Assembly: GCA_030704615.1 (NCBI GenBank)
Contig: CM060734.1
Coordinates: 992,001 to 1,056,000, forward strand
DNA from: Takakia lepidozioides
Taxonomy: Eukaryota > Plantae > Bryophyta
Direction of reading: 5' to 3'
DNA length: 64,000 nt
The notes under the pieces: generated by a model
What the model saw: the letters and a program-made list of their open reading frames with translations, nothing else
Databases searched by the model: none
Told to the model about the DNA's origin: nothing
Made by a program: the position numbers and the translations under genes
Shown here: positions 12,872 through 25,561 of the stretch, piece by piece
How positions within the stretch are numbered: the first letter of the stretch is position 1
Layout: each line of letters starts with the position of its first letter

Positions 12872-13598
12872 TGTCGCGGCCCTTTGCCTTGAGGGCAGGG
12901 GGTCGGGACACATGAGGGGCTGCCCCTGTGGTGGGGGCAGCGGCAGCGATAGGTATGGGGGGCTGAGGCACCCTTGAGTGCCCAAGGCACTCAGGGAAGC
13001 GGAGGCGCTCACTAGGTGGAGCCCCGCACACCGGGTTGCGGTGGGGGTGGCTCCACAAGGGGTGGTGGTAGCTTCGTGGGACTTAGTGGGGGTGGCATAG
13101 GACTCACCATGGGGGCGGAGACCTCGTGGTGGGAGTCGTGGGGAGTCTTGGGACTCATCACGGTCCATAGGGGCCGTGGTGAGCGGGCCAAGACTCACCG
13201 CGACTCACCACCGGGAATCGAGGGTCTTCGTGGTGGTTCGCCATAAAATGGCATGGCTGGTTGTGAAACCCCCGCGGACAGCTACAGAAGTATATATAGG
13301 GAGTAGTAACCCCGAGAATGGTGCAAGCCCGTTGGTGACCAAAAGCTAGTGAGTAAGCGAGCGAGCCGGAAAGCGACCAAAGAGTGGGGAGCTGTTCCGG
13401 ACTGCCATCTACCAAAGGGAATTCTCCTAGTCCCAATTAGGTGGAGGGTTTTAGAGGGAAGCGAAAGGGGACCGTTATGTCCCGGTGAGCAGCCGAAGCT
13501 CCAAGTTGGCCCGGGCGGCCAGGTTGGGAGTCAGGCGCGCGCATCAAAGCGAGTAACTATGACTTGAAGGGGAGTTTACCGAAGTGGGGTGCGCGACA
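12872..13598 (+). repeat. 5' LTR of the chromovirus
   Basis: TG...CA; TATA-like gtatatata at ~13290. Confidence 0.95.
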
Positions 13599-13600
13599 CT

Positions 13601-13612
13601 TGGTATCAGAGC
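13601..13612 (+). promoter_or_regulatory. Primer-binding site complementary to initiator tRNA-Met
   Basis: TGGTATCAGAGC 2 nt after the LTR, the canonical plant iMet PBS. Confidence 0.95.
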
Positions 13613-13653
13613 TTAGAGTTCAGTACGCGATCGTCCTTGGGATTGGCCTCGTC

Positions 13654-16600
13654 ATGGGTTCGGGCAAGCCGAAGCGAAAGCGGAACGGCCCAAAAGATGA
13701 TGATCCCGGTGAGCCCGATGGGGGCGGCGTGTCACCGAGGCGGCCGTTTGAGGAAGCGATGCATGTTTCCGAAAACGAGGCCGCCCAAGAGCGGGAGGAA
13801 TCCGAGGAGTCGGAGCCCGAGGAATCCTTGAGAGCTCCGACAAACCAAGAGATGCCTCCCATGCCGGCAGCCTTTTGGGAAGGGTTGTTGGCGCAGTTTG
13901 GCGGGACGTTGAAAGACGTGTTGAAGGCGGCTAATGCCACTTCCGCTAAGGCAAAGTTTAAGGTGAAGCCTAAGGAACCCGGCACCTTCGAGGGCGTCCG
14001 AAATCGGAAGGCACTCAACACCTGGCTCTTGGAGCTAGAGCAGTACTTCCGGGCGGCCAAGTTGAGTGACGAGGATCAGGTGGAAGTGGCTCCCACCTAT
14101 TTGAGGGGCTATGCTCAACAATGGTGGCAGAAACGCCTTCACGACCGAGGTCCAAGTCCGGAAACCTTGAACTGGAGTGGGTTCAAGGAATTGTTGAAGA
14201 GACAGTTTGTGCCCCTCAACGCGTCCTGGCTTGCCCAGGACAAGATGAGGAATTTGAAGCAAACAGATGACATTCGGGGGTATGTCCAGGCTTTCAATGT
14301 GTTGTTGCTCGAAGTCGCGGACATGGCAGAACCAGAAATGGTCTTCAACTTTGTGGCGGGACTAGCCCCATGGGCCAGGCGGAAGTTGGAGGAGAAGCCA
14401 CCCAAGACTTTGAACGAGGCAATTGAGAGGGCTGAATGTTTCTCGGATGTCCCTAGGGGTGAAAGACAAGGCCGTACGGAGCTGAACCACAAGAAGATTC
14501 GGCGGGAAGGTGACTCCTTCCGACCGGAAAAGAAGTGGGATAGGCCACGCGGCGAAAATGGCACGTGGAAATCGAAGGGAGGGCCTTCACACGTCAAGGC
14601 GGCACCCGGTGCTTCGAAAGGAAAAGCGGGTGGAGCGGCTTATGGCGGACAGAAGGCGACCTTTGATGGAGTGTGTTTCAATTGCGGGGAGCCCGGGCAC
14701 ATGGCCAAGAAGTGCACAAAGCCCCGACAATTGAACATGACTCGGGCGACCACGGAGCTGTCGGAAGATACCATCAGTCGCTTGGTGGAAGCGGTGGTCG
14801 CCAGGACTTGCAAGGTAGGCAAATTTTCTTGTGAGTTGTATCAGGAAACTGGCACCTTACGAAAAGGGAGTCAGTTATTGTTCGTGGATGGGATAATATC
14901 CGGAACTAATGTGTCGTTGTTGGTGGACACAGGAGCGTCGCACTCCTTCATGACACCGGCAACGGCACAAAAGCTGGGACTCCCGACAAGTGACGTTGGG
15001 GCCTCTATTGAGGTGCGTTCTGCCAAAGGAGAACCACAGTTGGCGACAAGGTTGGCGATTGATGTTCCTCTTCAACTGGGGATTGGGAGGGACGTGAGAA
15101 CTTCACCATCTGCGAGATCGATGGAGTGGATCTCATTTTGGGGATGACCTTTTTGCGCAAATCCGGAGCGGTCATAGATGGCCGCAAGAGAGTAGTCACG
15201 CTGCCATGTGGGAATGGTGGCGAGGTTTTATGAGTGTCTGAAATGCCCAAATCCGTGGGAGGGCGAATAAACCTTCTATCAGCAAAGGAGTGGGCCGTGG
15301 AGGAGGCACATGAGCCCCAGTTTTTGCTTTACATTAGAGAAGTGAAAGGAGAAGGCGATGGGGAACTGAGCCCAGATTGGATCAAGGGGATTTTGGAGAA
15401 ATACCAGGATGTGATGCCGGAGGATTTACCAAGCGGCTTGCCACCGCGAAGCGGAGTTGACCACAAGATTGAGGTGATACCGGGATCGGAACCGCCTGCC
15501 AAGGCGCCCTACCGGTTGAGCCACAGAGAGTTGGTCGAGCTGAAGACTCAGCTCAAGGATCTAATGTCAAAGGGGTACATCCGGCCGAGTAAGTCACCTT
15601 ACGGAGCCCCGGTGCTATTCGCAGAAAAGAAGGATGGGACGCTGCGGATGTGTGTCGATTACAGGGCTCTGAATAAGGTGACTATCAAAAACCGGTACCC
15701 TTTGCCGAGGATCGACGACCTCTTCGATCGGTTGGCAGGAGCGAAGTATTTCAGCCGGATCGACTTGCGCTCCGGCTATCACCAAATTCGGGTGGCGGAA
15801 GGAGATGAGGAGAAGACCGCGTGCAGGACAAGGTATGGTTCATATGAGTTCTTGGTGATGCCTTTTGGGCTCACCAATGCACCAGCAACATTTAGCACGC
15901 TGATGAACAGCCTTTTCCAGGAGTGGTTGGATGACTTTTGTGATCGTGTACATCAACAACATCTTGGTGTACTCGAAAACAAAGGAGGAGCACCTGGAGC
16001 ACCTCAAAAGGGTGTTCCAAAAATTGCGAGAAGGGAAGTTGTATGCCAAAGCTTCAAAGTGCGAATTCGGGGTCACAAAAGTGGAGTTCTTGGGGCATGT
16101 GATTACACAGGATGGGATCAAAATGGATGACAGAAAGGTGAGGGCGATCTTGGACTGGGAGCCTCCGACTTCGGTCCCGGGAGTGCGATCCTTCCTAGGA
16201 CTCGCCTCCTATTACCGGAAGTATGTGAGAAATTTCGCCAAGATTGCGGGGCCGCTGTCAGACCTTCTGTGTAAATCTAAAGTCTGGGCATGGAACACCT
16301 TTTGTGGCCAAGCTTTTGCTGAATTGAAGCAGCGGATGGCGGAAGCTCCAGTCTTGAAAATCCCGGAGTTCGATCGTCCATTTGAGATTCATACAGATGC
16401 GTCGGACTTCGCGATTGGGGGTGTACTTATGCAAGATGGACGTCCAATGGCTTACGAAAGTAAGAAACTGAATGAAGTGGAGCGACGGTGGCCGACGCAC
16501 GAAAAAGAGATGAAGGCGGTGGTGCATTGCCTTGAGCTCTGGCGCCACTATGTTGGTTCCAACCCAGTGAAGGTGTTCACGGACAATGTCACAGTGAAGT

Positions 16601-18385
16601 ATTTTGCCACGCAGCCCAAGTTGTCCCCAAAATTGCCACTATCTGGGCAATCTCTCTTGACATGGGGTCCTCCACATGTCCAACATATCACCCCTGGTTG
16701 CTGTTGGCCTGCAAAAGATGCCACGGGCCTCTGCACCTGAGGTCCCCTGTAAGCTCCATGGAACTTGGGTTGGGAAACCTTGCCCCCCTGACCACGCTGT
16801 TGGGCTTAGGTGGCAAGATACTTTGGCAGTGTTCGACGTGGATATCCAGTACAAACCGGGACCGGACAATGTGGTGGCCGATGCTTTAAGTAGAAAGCAG
16901 CAGCTCTTGTTGGTGTACAAGGGCGAGACGGCACTCCAAAGGAAGATCCGGAAGGCTTGCCGGAAGGATGAGCTGGCGAAGTCCGTGATGCAGGACTTGA
17001 GGATGGGGGTTAAATCGCAGTTCCACTTGCAAAATGGACTGCTCCGGTACAAGCAAAAGCGTCTCTACGTGCCGAAGGGAGGGATCAGGGATAGTCTCTT
17101 GAGAGAATGCCATGATAGCCCGCTTGCGGGCCACGGTGGAGCCAAGCGCACTGCGGCATTCTTGAAGAAAGAGTATTTCTGGCCCAAACTGAGGGAGGAG
17201 GCAGAGGAGTATGTCAAGATATGCACCACATGCCAACAAAACCGGAGCGAGTACAAAAAGCAAGCGGGGCTGTTACAACCCTTGCCGATTCCAGAGGGGA
17301 CTTGGGAAAGCGTCTCGATGGATTTCATGACTGCTATGCCGCTGTCAAAAGGATTCGATGCAATCATGGTGGTGGTAGATAGGTTCAGTAAAATGGGCCA
17401 TTTCATCCCCACCAAGGAGACGGCAACGGCGCAGGAGACAGGGCGACTTTACTTTGCCCACGTCTTAAAGCATCATGGAGTCCCAAGGATATTGTCTCGG
17501 ACCGCGATCCAAAGTTTACGAGTAAATTCTGGAGAGCACTTTGGAAGAAGATGGGGACGAGGCTGAAGATGAGCACCGCCTTCCAACCTACGACGGACGG
17601 CCAAACGGAAAGAGTGAATTCCGTAGTGAAGCAATTCTTGCGGAATTACGTGTCGGCAGACCAATCAGACTGGATGGAACACTTAGACGCGGCAGAGTTC
17701 TGTTATAATAACACAGAACACTCCGCAACGGGAGTTTCCCCTTTTGTGTTGGTCTATGGAAAAGCACCTCTGGTGCCGACAAGTTGGGCCGCCCAGGACG
17801 TTGAGGAACCGGCAGTAGCGGCGGTACTGGAAGAACGCGAGCGTTTGTTGAAGCTCGCAAAGTACAATATTGCCAAAGCTAGGAAACGGTATGAAAGGCA
17901 GGCGAATCGGAAGCGGAGGGAAGTGAAGTTTGAGGCAGGCACAAAGGTCTGGTTGAACATCAAGAATTTCCGACTACCTCCGGAAGTGAGTCCGAAGTTC
18001 GTGCCTCCGTATGCGGGACCCTTTCGCATTCGGAAGGTTATGAATGAGGATGTGTATGAATTGGAGCTGCCAGCAAACAGCAAGGTGCACCCAGTATTCC
18101 ATGTCTCCCTTTTGAAGCCTTACTTCAAAGATGAAACGCGTCCGAATCGGCATCAAGTGTTGCGTCCGCCACCTATGCTGTTGGATCATGAAAATGAACC
18201 TGAGTACGAGGTGGAGGCAATACTTAAGTCGAGGAGGTTCAGGAACCGAAGAAACGGAGTATCTCGTCAAATGGAAGGGCTATCATCATGTGGAGGCATC
18301 TTGGGTGCGTGCCTCAGAAATGGGAAACGCATCCGAGGCGGTTGCAGCTTTCGAAGGGCGACCTCAAAAGCGGAAGAAGCGTTGA
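13654..18385 (+). pseudogene. gag-pol: gag-pol (gag, CCHC, PR LVDTGAS, RT, RH, INT, chromodomain) with frameshifts and a foreign 173-bp insert
   Basis: ORFs 13564..15147, 15234..16130, 15931..16740, 16676..17566, 17551..18444, 18131..18385. Confidence 0.94.
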
Positions 18386-19290
18386 TGGGGACATCAACCT
18401 TGGAGCGTGGGGGAGGAAATGCATGCTTAGCCCGGTTTAGCTAGCTCAGGAATCCGATTGCAAAAACTTGTATTGTACAAAAATTTGTTATAAAGGAAAT
18501 GGGTTCCAAATATTGTGCGTCCTATTGTGTTTGGAATGGTGATGCATGGTGTGGTTGGCTAGTGTGTAGAATACATGCTAGCTTACAAAAGTGGGAGAGG
18601 TAAATTGGGTTAATCGTGTGTTTGCGCAGTGCCGAAATCGGGTGACTTCCATCCAAGGGCAAGGAAACTTGCGCCTTCTTTGGGAGTTCACGTGCTAGTG
18701 CGCACCTGGCGCGTGCGCGTACTATAACTGCGCTACCGAGGGGGTTGCCTTGTAGTGCGGGCTAACGCGGAAGCTACGTGCTTCCGTTCACGTACTATAA
18801 TCGTGTAACCTCGGGATGAAGTCGTAGTGCGGCTTTGGCGTGTTCCCGTACCTCAGGCTAGCATTCCAAGGCGGACCCAATTGTAGTGATTGGGGCGCAT
18901 GGTTGGTTCAAGGTTATCTTCCTAGTCAAAGAGGGTTCCAGGTGAACCCTTGCTCAAGGTGATGCCAAAAGCGGCATCATGAGCGATCGCAAGCAATGTT
19001 GTTGCAGTAAGGCGATTCGATCCTCGGGGAGGATCGTTCCTTGACCTTGAAGTAGGCCAAGAAGAGTGCACTGGGAGGAGCTGGAGAGGCTCCACCCTTA
19101 GCCGGGACTTGGAGGAAGTCGGCCGAACTAGCTAGTGGAGAGTAGAGTCAAGTGTGGGGTTTGGTTCTTTGCCATGGGACGCCATGGTACAGAAACAAAC
19201 TCCTTGATGTGGGACGCCACAACTTGGATGTTCGTTTCTACAAAATGGACAAGTCGATGAGGACATCGACTCCCTGTTGGTAGGGGTGTG

Positions 19291-20016
19291 TGTCGCGGCC
19301 CTTTGCCTTGAGGGCAGGGGGTCGGGACACATGAGGGGCTGCCCCTGTGGTGGGGGCAGCGGCAGCGATAGGTATGGGGGGCTGAGGCACCCTTGAGTGC
19401 CCAAGGCACTCAGGGAAGCGGAGGCGCTCACTAGGTGGAGCCCCGCACACCGGGTTGCGGTGGGGGTGGCTCCACAAGGGGTGGTGGTAGCTTCGTGGGA
19501 CTTAGTGGGGGTGGCATAGGACTCACCATGGGGGCGGAGACCTCGTGGTGGGAGTCGTGGGGAGTCTTGGGATCATCACGGTCCATAGGGGCCGTGGTGA
19601 GCGGGCCAAGACTCACCGCGACTCACCACCGGGAATCGAGGGTCTTCGTGGTGGTTCGCCATAAAATGGCATGGCTGGTTGTGAAACCCCCGCGGACAGC
19701 TACAGAAGTATATATAGGGAGTAGTATCCCCGAGAATGGTGCAAGCCCGTTGGTGACCAAAAGCTAGTGAGTAAGCGAGCAAGCCGGAAAGCGACCAAAG
19801 AGTGGGGAGCTGTTCCGGACTGCCATCTACCAAAGGGAATTCTCCTAGTCCCAATTAGGTGGAGGGTTTTAGAGGGAAGCGAAAGGGGACCGTTATGTCC
19901 CGGTGAGCAGCCGAAGCTCCAAGTTGGCCCGGGCGGCCAGGTTGGGAGTCAGGCGCGCGCATCAAAGCGAGTAACTATGACTTGAAGGGGAGTTTACCGA
20001 AGTGGGGTGCGCGACA
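19291..20016 (+). repeat. 3' LTR of the chromovirus
   Basis: About 3 differences from the 5' LTR; preceded by tggtaggggtgtg. Confidence 0.95.
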
Positions 20017-20086
20017 TATTGCTACACAACTACATCGCTGTCCAAACCACACCACACATATATGCACAATAAAGTAGTCTACCACA

Positions 20087-20101
20087 ATCGCCCCCCTAGC
20101 T
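20087..20101 (-). promoter_or_regulatory. Polypurine tract of DNMT-Gypsy element 2
   Basis: agctaggggggcgat immediately before the TGTGG of repeat A1; same in element 1. Confidence 0.8.
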
Positions 20102-20346
20102 GGTGGATAGGTCCCTCTACCTCCAGATAGCTACAAGATGTAATAGCCACAGCCGTACTAAGTCCTCTATCACTGTCCCTATCGTGCTCAAACTCTATCA
20201 ACCAAGAGGCCGGGTACAAGAGTAGCCCCATCGTTAGTCGCCGTCTTGCAATCTGTGAACTTGAGCCAAGATCTCGTGTGTTCAAGGTCTCCTAGTAGCT
20301 GGGCCTTGCGTTTCTTGTTAGCCTTCCATGGTTGTATCCACTCCCA

Positions 20347-20490
20347 CTATCCAATGCAATGTGGACATAACCAATCCCCATCCGGAACCATCTCAAGAGG
20401 TGGAGTGAAACATCCCATATGCCAACCTCTAGAGCACCGATCACACACCAGCATGGTGGCTGCCCCTTTAGCAGACCCACACAACATGCA
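20347..20490 (-). pseudogene. PHD zinc finger (C4HC3) at the integrase C-terminus
   Basis: CMLC...MLVCDRCSRGWHMGCFTPPLEMVPDGDWLCPHC. Confidence 0.93.
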
Positions 20491-21850
20491 CCTCAAACCT
20501 GCAGATACCACTGCCAGGTTTGGGTCAATCCTGCCATCGACATTCGGAAGGTGACATGGCGCACAATTACGCACATGGTCCTTCCAAGTTATGCCATCCC
20601 GACCCTCCAAGACCAAGACGCCTGAGGGCAAGACCTCTCGAACCCTCAAAATAACACGTCCTGCAGTCACATCCAGGGTCGTAGGAGCAGTCTGCTGCAG
20701 ATAGACATAGTCACCAGGGTTGAATCTCCGAACCCCAGGACATTAGCCCCCACCACGTATGGTAGCATACCTCAACGTATCACGGGGTTGTGCAATGGCA
20801 AGGTTCTTGAAAGCCATAGGCATGACTCTCTTGAACAACTCTGCACGCTGCTCACATGCACGTGCACACACATCCGGATCGTCAAGGTTAAGAACTGTAG
20901 CAGCTTCTCTGCGAATGGATGTAGGCAAATCCGGCTCTCGGCCAAAGAGAAGAAAGTATGGTGAGAAGGAGGCAAGTGATGCTTGCTTGCTGAACCTGTA
21001 GCCCATGACTAACCAGGGTAACTGAAGGTCCTAATCTCCTAGGTGTCCCTTCTGCAAGCCATACTTGCGCAAACCCCTCTTTACTGTCTGAACAACTCTC
21101 TCTGCCAAGCCATCGGCCTCAGGAGAAGTGGTGTAGTGGTCTATCAAGGCCTTGTCACACAACGCCTGAAACTCCCCCAAGAACTCTCTCCCTTGGTCCG
21201 TGAGTACCTCAGCTGGAGCACCGAATCGGCTAAGCACACAATCCAAGAATGCATACGCAGCTCCCTCACTAGCCTTATCAGGCAATGGAACCAATTCAAT
21301 CCACTTGGAGAAGTGCTCCACCATCACCAACACATACTTGTTGTGGCGCATGGTCAGTGGCAACGGCCCTGCGAAGTCAAGACTCCACCTGTAGCCCAAT
21401 CCCATGATCGGAAGAGGGTGCAATTGTGGAGTAGGGGCGTTGAATGAAGCACGCACCTTGTCACACGCCATGCACCTAGCCACAAATTGTTGCACCTCTG
21501 TGTGCATACCACGCCACCAATACTGCCCCTGTAGTAGACTATGAGTGCGTCGCACCCCAAAATGCCCCAACTCCTCATGGGCATGCGCACTAACCGTGCC
21601 CGCTGTGTTGGGTGAGGCACAATCCTCACTCGACCATCCTCCCACACTCGGAGCAGGTGTGTCCCCTCCCACTTGAACCTCTTGGCTCGTTGTAGGATCC
21701 GATCCCTCTCCTTGGCAGTCACAGTGGCTGCCGTGTCTCCAGTGCGGAGGTAGTCCAACACAACTGAATCCTCATGTAATCTACAGTCATCCCTGTTGCA
21801 GGTCCAACCTGGCCTTCCGCTGCCAAGATACACAGAAATGCAGATGCATG
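20491..21850 (-). pseudogene. Gypsy DDE integrase (HHCC plus catalytic core), frameshifted
   Basis: HEELGHFG...CMAC; WSLDFAGP; VLTDQGREF; DGLAERVVQTVK; SPYFLLFGREP. Confidence 0.92.
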
Positions 21851-23304
21851 CCATCCGGGCACCATCTCCTCGTCCGTCTCACCATGCCACCGAGCTCCAG
21901 TGTCATCCTGTTGGCTCGTGCATGGATTGCGACTCAACCCATCTGCATTGCGATTGACCAAACCCGGTCGATGCACCACCTGAAAGTCATACTCTTGAAG
22001 GATGAGTGCCCACCGTGCAAGCTTCCCCGTAAGCTTGTCTGACTCCATCAACCACTTGAGTGGTTGGTGATCCGTGACAAGGGTGAAGAGATTGCCGTAT
22101 AGATAGCACCTGAAGTGTGCCACGGCCCACACTGCAGCTAAGCATTCTCCCTCATATGAGCTATACTTAGACTCTGCAGTGTTGTTTGAGCGGCTAGCAT
22201 AAGCCACTACGAACTCTCTTCCCTCATCATCCACCTGTGTGAGCACCGCTCCAAGCCCCAACATGCTCCAATCTGTATGCAGCTGAAAAGGACGCCCCCT
22301 GATAGGTCGTCTCAAGATGGGCGCCGAGGTCAACCTCGCCTTGAGCTCTTGAAAAGCTTGTTCTTGCTCATCTTCCCACTGCCACTCCTGGTCCACCTTG
22401 GTCAGCTTGGTTAGAGCCTTTGCAATGGCACTAAATCCCTTAACAAACCGTCTGTAATAGTTTGCTAACCCCATGAAAGCTCGAACTCGGCTCACATCCG
22501 TGGGGCGTGGAACCTGTGCAATGGACTCTACCTTAGTCTGCTGTACCCCCAATCCTCCAGGATATATCATGTGACCCAGATACTCAATCTGGTTGTGGAA
22601 AAACTTGCACTTTCCCGGATGTAACTTCAATCCGTGCGCCCTCAAGCGCTCAAATACCCCCTGAAGGTGTCTCTCATGCTCCTCCACCGTAGCACTAAAG
22701 ATGATGATGTCATCTATGTAGCACCGAGCAAACTCCACCCTGCTAGAATCCTGTCCATGACTCTTTGAAACTCAGCGGGAGCGTTTTTAAGCCCAAATGG
22801 TAAGAACCGCCACTGGTATAGGCAATCCTTCCCGTGCTCATTGATCCCCCAGAATGCCGTCTTTTGCTTATCCGCCTCCTTGATCGGCAACTGGTGATAT
22901 CCGGATCGTAAATCCAACGTGCTAAAGACCTTGGAATGCCCAATGGCATCAAAGATCTCCTCTGGTGTCGGCATGGCATACCTATCGGACTTGGTCTGAC
23001 GATTTACAGGCCGGTAATCACCGCACATACGTCTCTCCGTCCAATTGCCATAGACATCCTTCTTGGCTGGCATCACTGTGGCTGAAGCATACTCTCCACC
23101 AGAGAGCTCCACCAAACCTGCCTCCCAAAGATCCTGAGTTCTCATCTGAATCAAGGACCTCTCCATGTCACTGTATCTATAGGGTCTCCAAAAGATTGGC
23201 GTGTCAGTAGCCAATTCAATGCGAATCTCTTGACCCTTCAGTGCTCCCAAGTCCTTCAAACTGAAGGCAAAGCAATTCCTGTAAGCCCTCAGGAACCGCC
23301 GCAT
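21851..23304 (-). pseudogene. Reverse transcriptase and RNase H
   Basis: [40 protein letters not shown]; LHTDWSMLGLGAVL, YEGECLAAVWA, TDHQPL; one frameshift near 22740. Confidence 0.95.
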
Positions 23305-23418
23305 ACGTCGTCTCTCTCCTCCGGTGACAATGGGTCCAATGTCAGGCTCCCAATTGTCCTCCGTAACTGCAACCTTAAGTCCAGTGGGCTTAGAGGTAGA
23401 GGACGCGTCCCGTGGTTG

Positions 23419-24783
23419 CTATGCTGCAACCTCTTGAGCAGTACTCCCTTCTTGCTCAGTCAATGACAAGGCCTCATCCTGCCCCATCATCTCATCATTG
23501 AGAACCTCCTCAACCCGAGAAGAATCCCCAACCTCATCCATCATAGCTGCCTTGGCTGCCAACTCCCTCTGGACCTCGAGCACCTCCCACGTGTGCCATG
23601 GATGTCTACACCCCGTGGTCCTCACCGGCTCGCCCCCACTCGCTGCCTGTACCGTCTCGGTGGGCAGAGAGACCGTCAAGGGAAGTGCACTCCGCACTCT
23701 ACGTTGCTCAGCCATAGCCAAGCTGATAATCCAGGTCAAGCAATTGAGATCCATTGCTTGCCCCAACACCTGACGACGTGATGCCTCAGAAAGAGAAGGC
23801 ACCGCCGTGGTCCCAGTGGAAAACCCCATAGCCCGCTCGCGCTCGTCGGCATTAGGCTCCACTAACTGTTGCAACTGAGCATCCCACAGGAGGCCAGGTC
23901 CACCATCCCGAAAAGCATGGGATCCTGGGAAGCTGAGCAGTGTAGGTAATGCTGCTCGTGGTTGACCCACCCTGTTGACCACTGCCAAAGGCGAACGGTC
24001 ATCGTGTCTCACACGTTGAGACTGCCTTCCTGTGTCCAAAATGCCATCCACGGTGAGGTGTGTTGGCCGCTGCACCCCATCAAATGCACGCTTGAGCAGT
24101 GCGGGTGGCATCAAGTTAGTCCACCAAAGCCGTGGACGATGAGCCCGTGATCCCACTGCAGCTGCATCCAGCAGCACTGCTGACCCAAGCCACGACCGGA
24201 CTTGATGCACACTGGCCATCACCCTGGCCCGAGAATCACCCATCAGTGGCACATTCTCCAAGATGTATGCTGGAGATACAGCTTGATGAAGCTGCAAGTG
24301 GCGCAAAACCCGCACCATCTCCCAAAACAGACCCGTCCTCGAGTCTCGCAATCCATTGCCATGCCCGGCTGATGAATGCCCCTGGCAGGGCCAACCTGCC
24401 ACTACGAGATCAATGGAGCCAACCTGCTCCAAATCTTGCGCCCCCAACAAGGAAATGTTTGCTCGCAAGGCTTGTTGGTATCCACGAACTGTAGACACAG
24501 GCAACAAGTCAGGGTACTGCTGAACCAACTGAGCAACATGGCGCAGTGAGACGCGTCGTGCAGTCTCATCCCTCTCCACATACAGGTACCGCCTTACCCG
24601 CACACCTGCCTGTAGCACAGCAGCCAATCCGGTGCTGATCCCGCCAAACGAGTCCAGAAGGCAAATGCCTTCATCCATATATTGCCACACAATAGGTGTG
24701 GTATCCAATGGTGACAACTGAGGTGGTCCTGGTGCAATACCCGCACTCTCCTCCTCTCCTGACGGTACGAAAGCTTCTACCAA
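23419..24783 (-). CDS. DNMT3-like C5 cytosine DNA methyltransferase domain within the polyprotein (core ~23730-24670)
   Basis: Motifs in unpermuted order: I LLDSFGGISTG, II YVERD, IV AGWPCQ, V RTGLFWE, VI ILENVP, VIII AHRPRLWWTN, IX ERERAMGF, X RRQVLGQAMD. Confidence 0.93.
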   Translation of the reverse strand: MVEAFVPSGEEESAGIAPGPPQLSPLDTTPIVWQYMDEGICLLDSFGGISTGLAAVLQAGVRVRRYLYVERDETARRVSLRHVAQLVQQYPDLLPVSTVRGYQQALRANISLLGAQDLEQVGSIDLVVAGWPCQGHSSAGHGNGLRDSRTGLFWEMVRVLRHLQLHQAVSPAYILENVPLMGDSRARVMASVHQVRSWLGSAVLLDAAAVGSRAHRPRLWWTNLMPPALLKRAFDGVQRPTHLTVDGILDTGRQSQRVRHDDRSPLAVVNRVGQPRAALPTLLSFPGSHAFRDGGPGLLWDAQLQQLVEPNADERERAMGFSTGTTAVPSLSEASRRQVLGQAMDLNCLTWIISLAMAEQRRVRSALPLTVSLPTETVQAASGGEPVRTTGCRHPWHTWEVLEVQRELAAKAAMMDEVGDSSRVEEVLNDEMMGQDEALSLTEQEGSTAQEVAA

Positions 24784-25486
24784 GCTTGTTGCACCCGTCC
24801 ATCAGCAACCTGCTGCAAATCCTTGCTCGTACCCCACAATGGAGTGTGAGCAACCATGGCAGGCAACTCCGCCATACCATGCATGTCATCCTGCTCTGCT
24901 GGAGGTGGCACATCTCTGCATGGGCATTGCCTTCCAGCAACTCTCCAGGCCAACAAACTGCAGCTGTAAAGGCGGCTAGTGTTGGCATCTTGCCCCGCTG
25001 GGCAGCCGCTATACCCCCAATGAATGTCACAGGAAGCTGTGCACGGCGACCATCGCCTGACTGCCATCCAGGCCTGTAGGATGCTGACTCCTCCCAAAAG
25101 TCCAGGGTGAAGCCCATGGGGTATAACACTGCCCCACCCATTTGGACATCGTAAGAGACCGCGTCTGTCACAATGGCCTTGGTTCGCATTACTGAGCCAT
25201 CGATAGGATGATCCGGCTGCAGTCTAATGGCCAACTGATGCCGTGTCATGCCCCGAGCCTGCTCTGATCCTCCCAAAGATGTCTGTATCTGGAAAGGACA
25301 AGGCTCCATATCCGCCTCCATGAGGCCCAAACCTGCAATAGCAGCTCTGCCCAACATCAGTGGCTGAGCTCCCGAGTCCAACAAGACCCGTTGTGGCCGG
25401 TACTTCTTGCCTGCCGGTCCACTCAAAGTGAAAATGCCTCCCTGGTTGTCTAACAAGACAACTCCAGGTGTCACCATGGCGCTCAA
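24784..25486 (-). pseudogene. Retroviral-type aspartic protease region
   Basis: VLLDSGAQPL catalytic motif and downstream YDVQMGG (YDVLVGG in element 1). Confidence 0.8.
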
Positions 25487-25561
25487 AGGCTGGCCTAGCT
25501 AGCAGCTCCGTCAACCTGGCAGCTGCAGCTTGCCAGGGCGCAGCCGTGGCAGTCTTGACCC

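Larger units (their letters stand above)
12872..20016 (+). mobile_element. Full-length Ty3/Gypsy chromovirus (Galadriel-like) nested in repeat A1 of element 2
   Basis: Near-identical LTRs 12872-13598 and 19291-20016; TSD TATCG/TATTG; tRNA-Met PBS; chromodomain with an aromatic cage (Y,W,Y). Confidence 0.96.

Noticed and set aside
23419-24783. Host DNMT gene or bacterial restriction-modification contamination
   Set aside because: Intronless, in frame with the protease in element 1, and at the same polyprotein position in two TSD-bounded elements.
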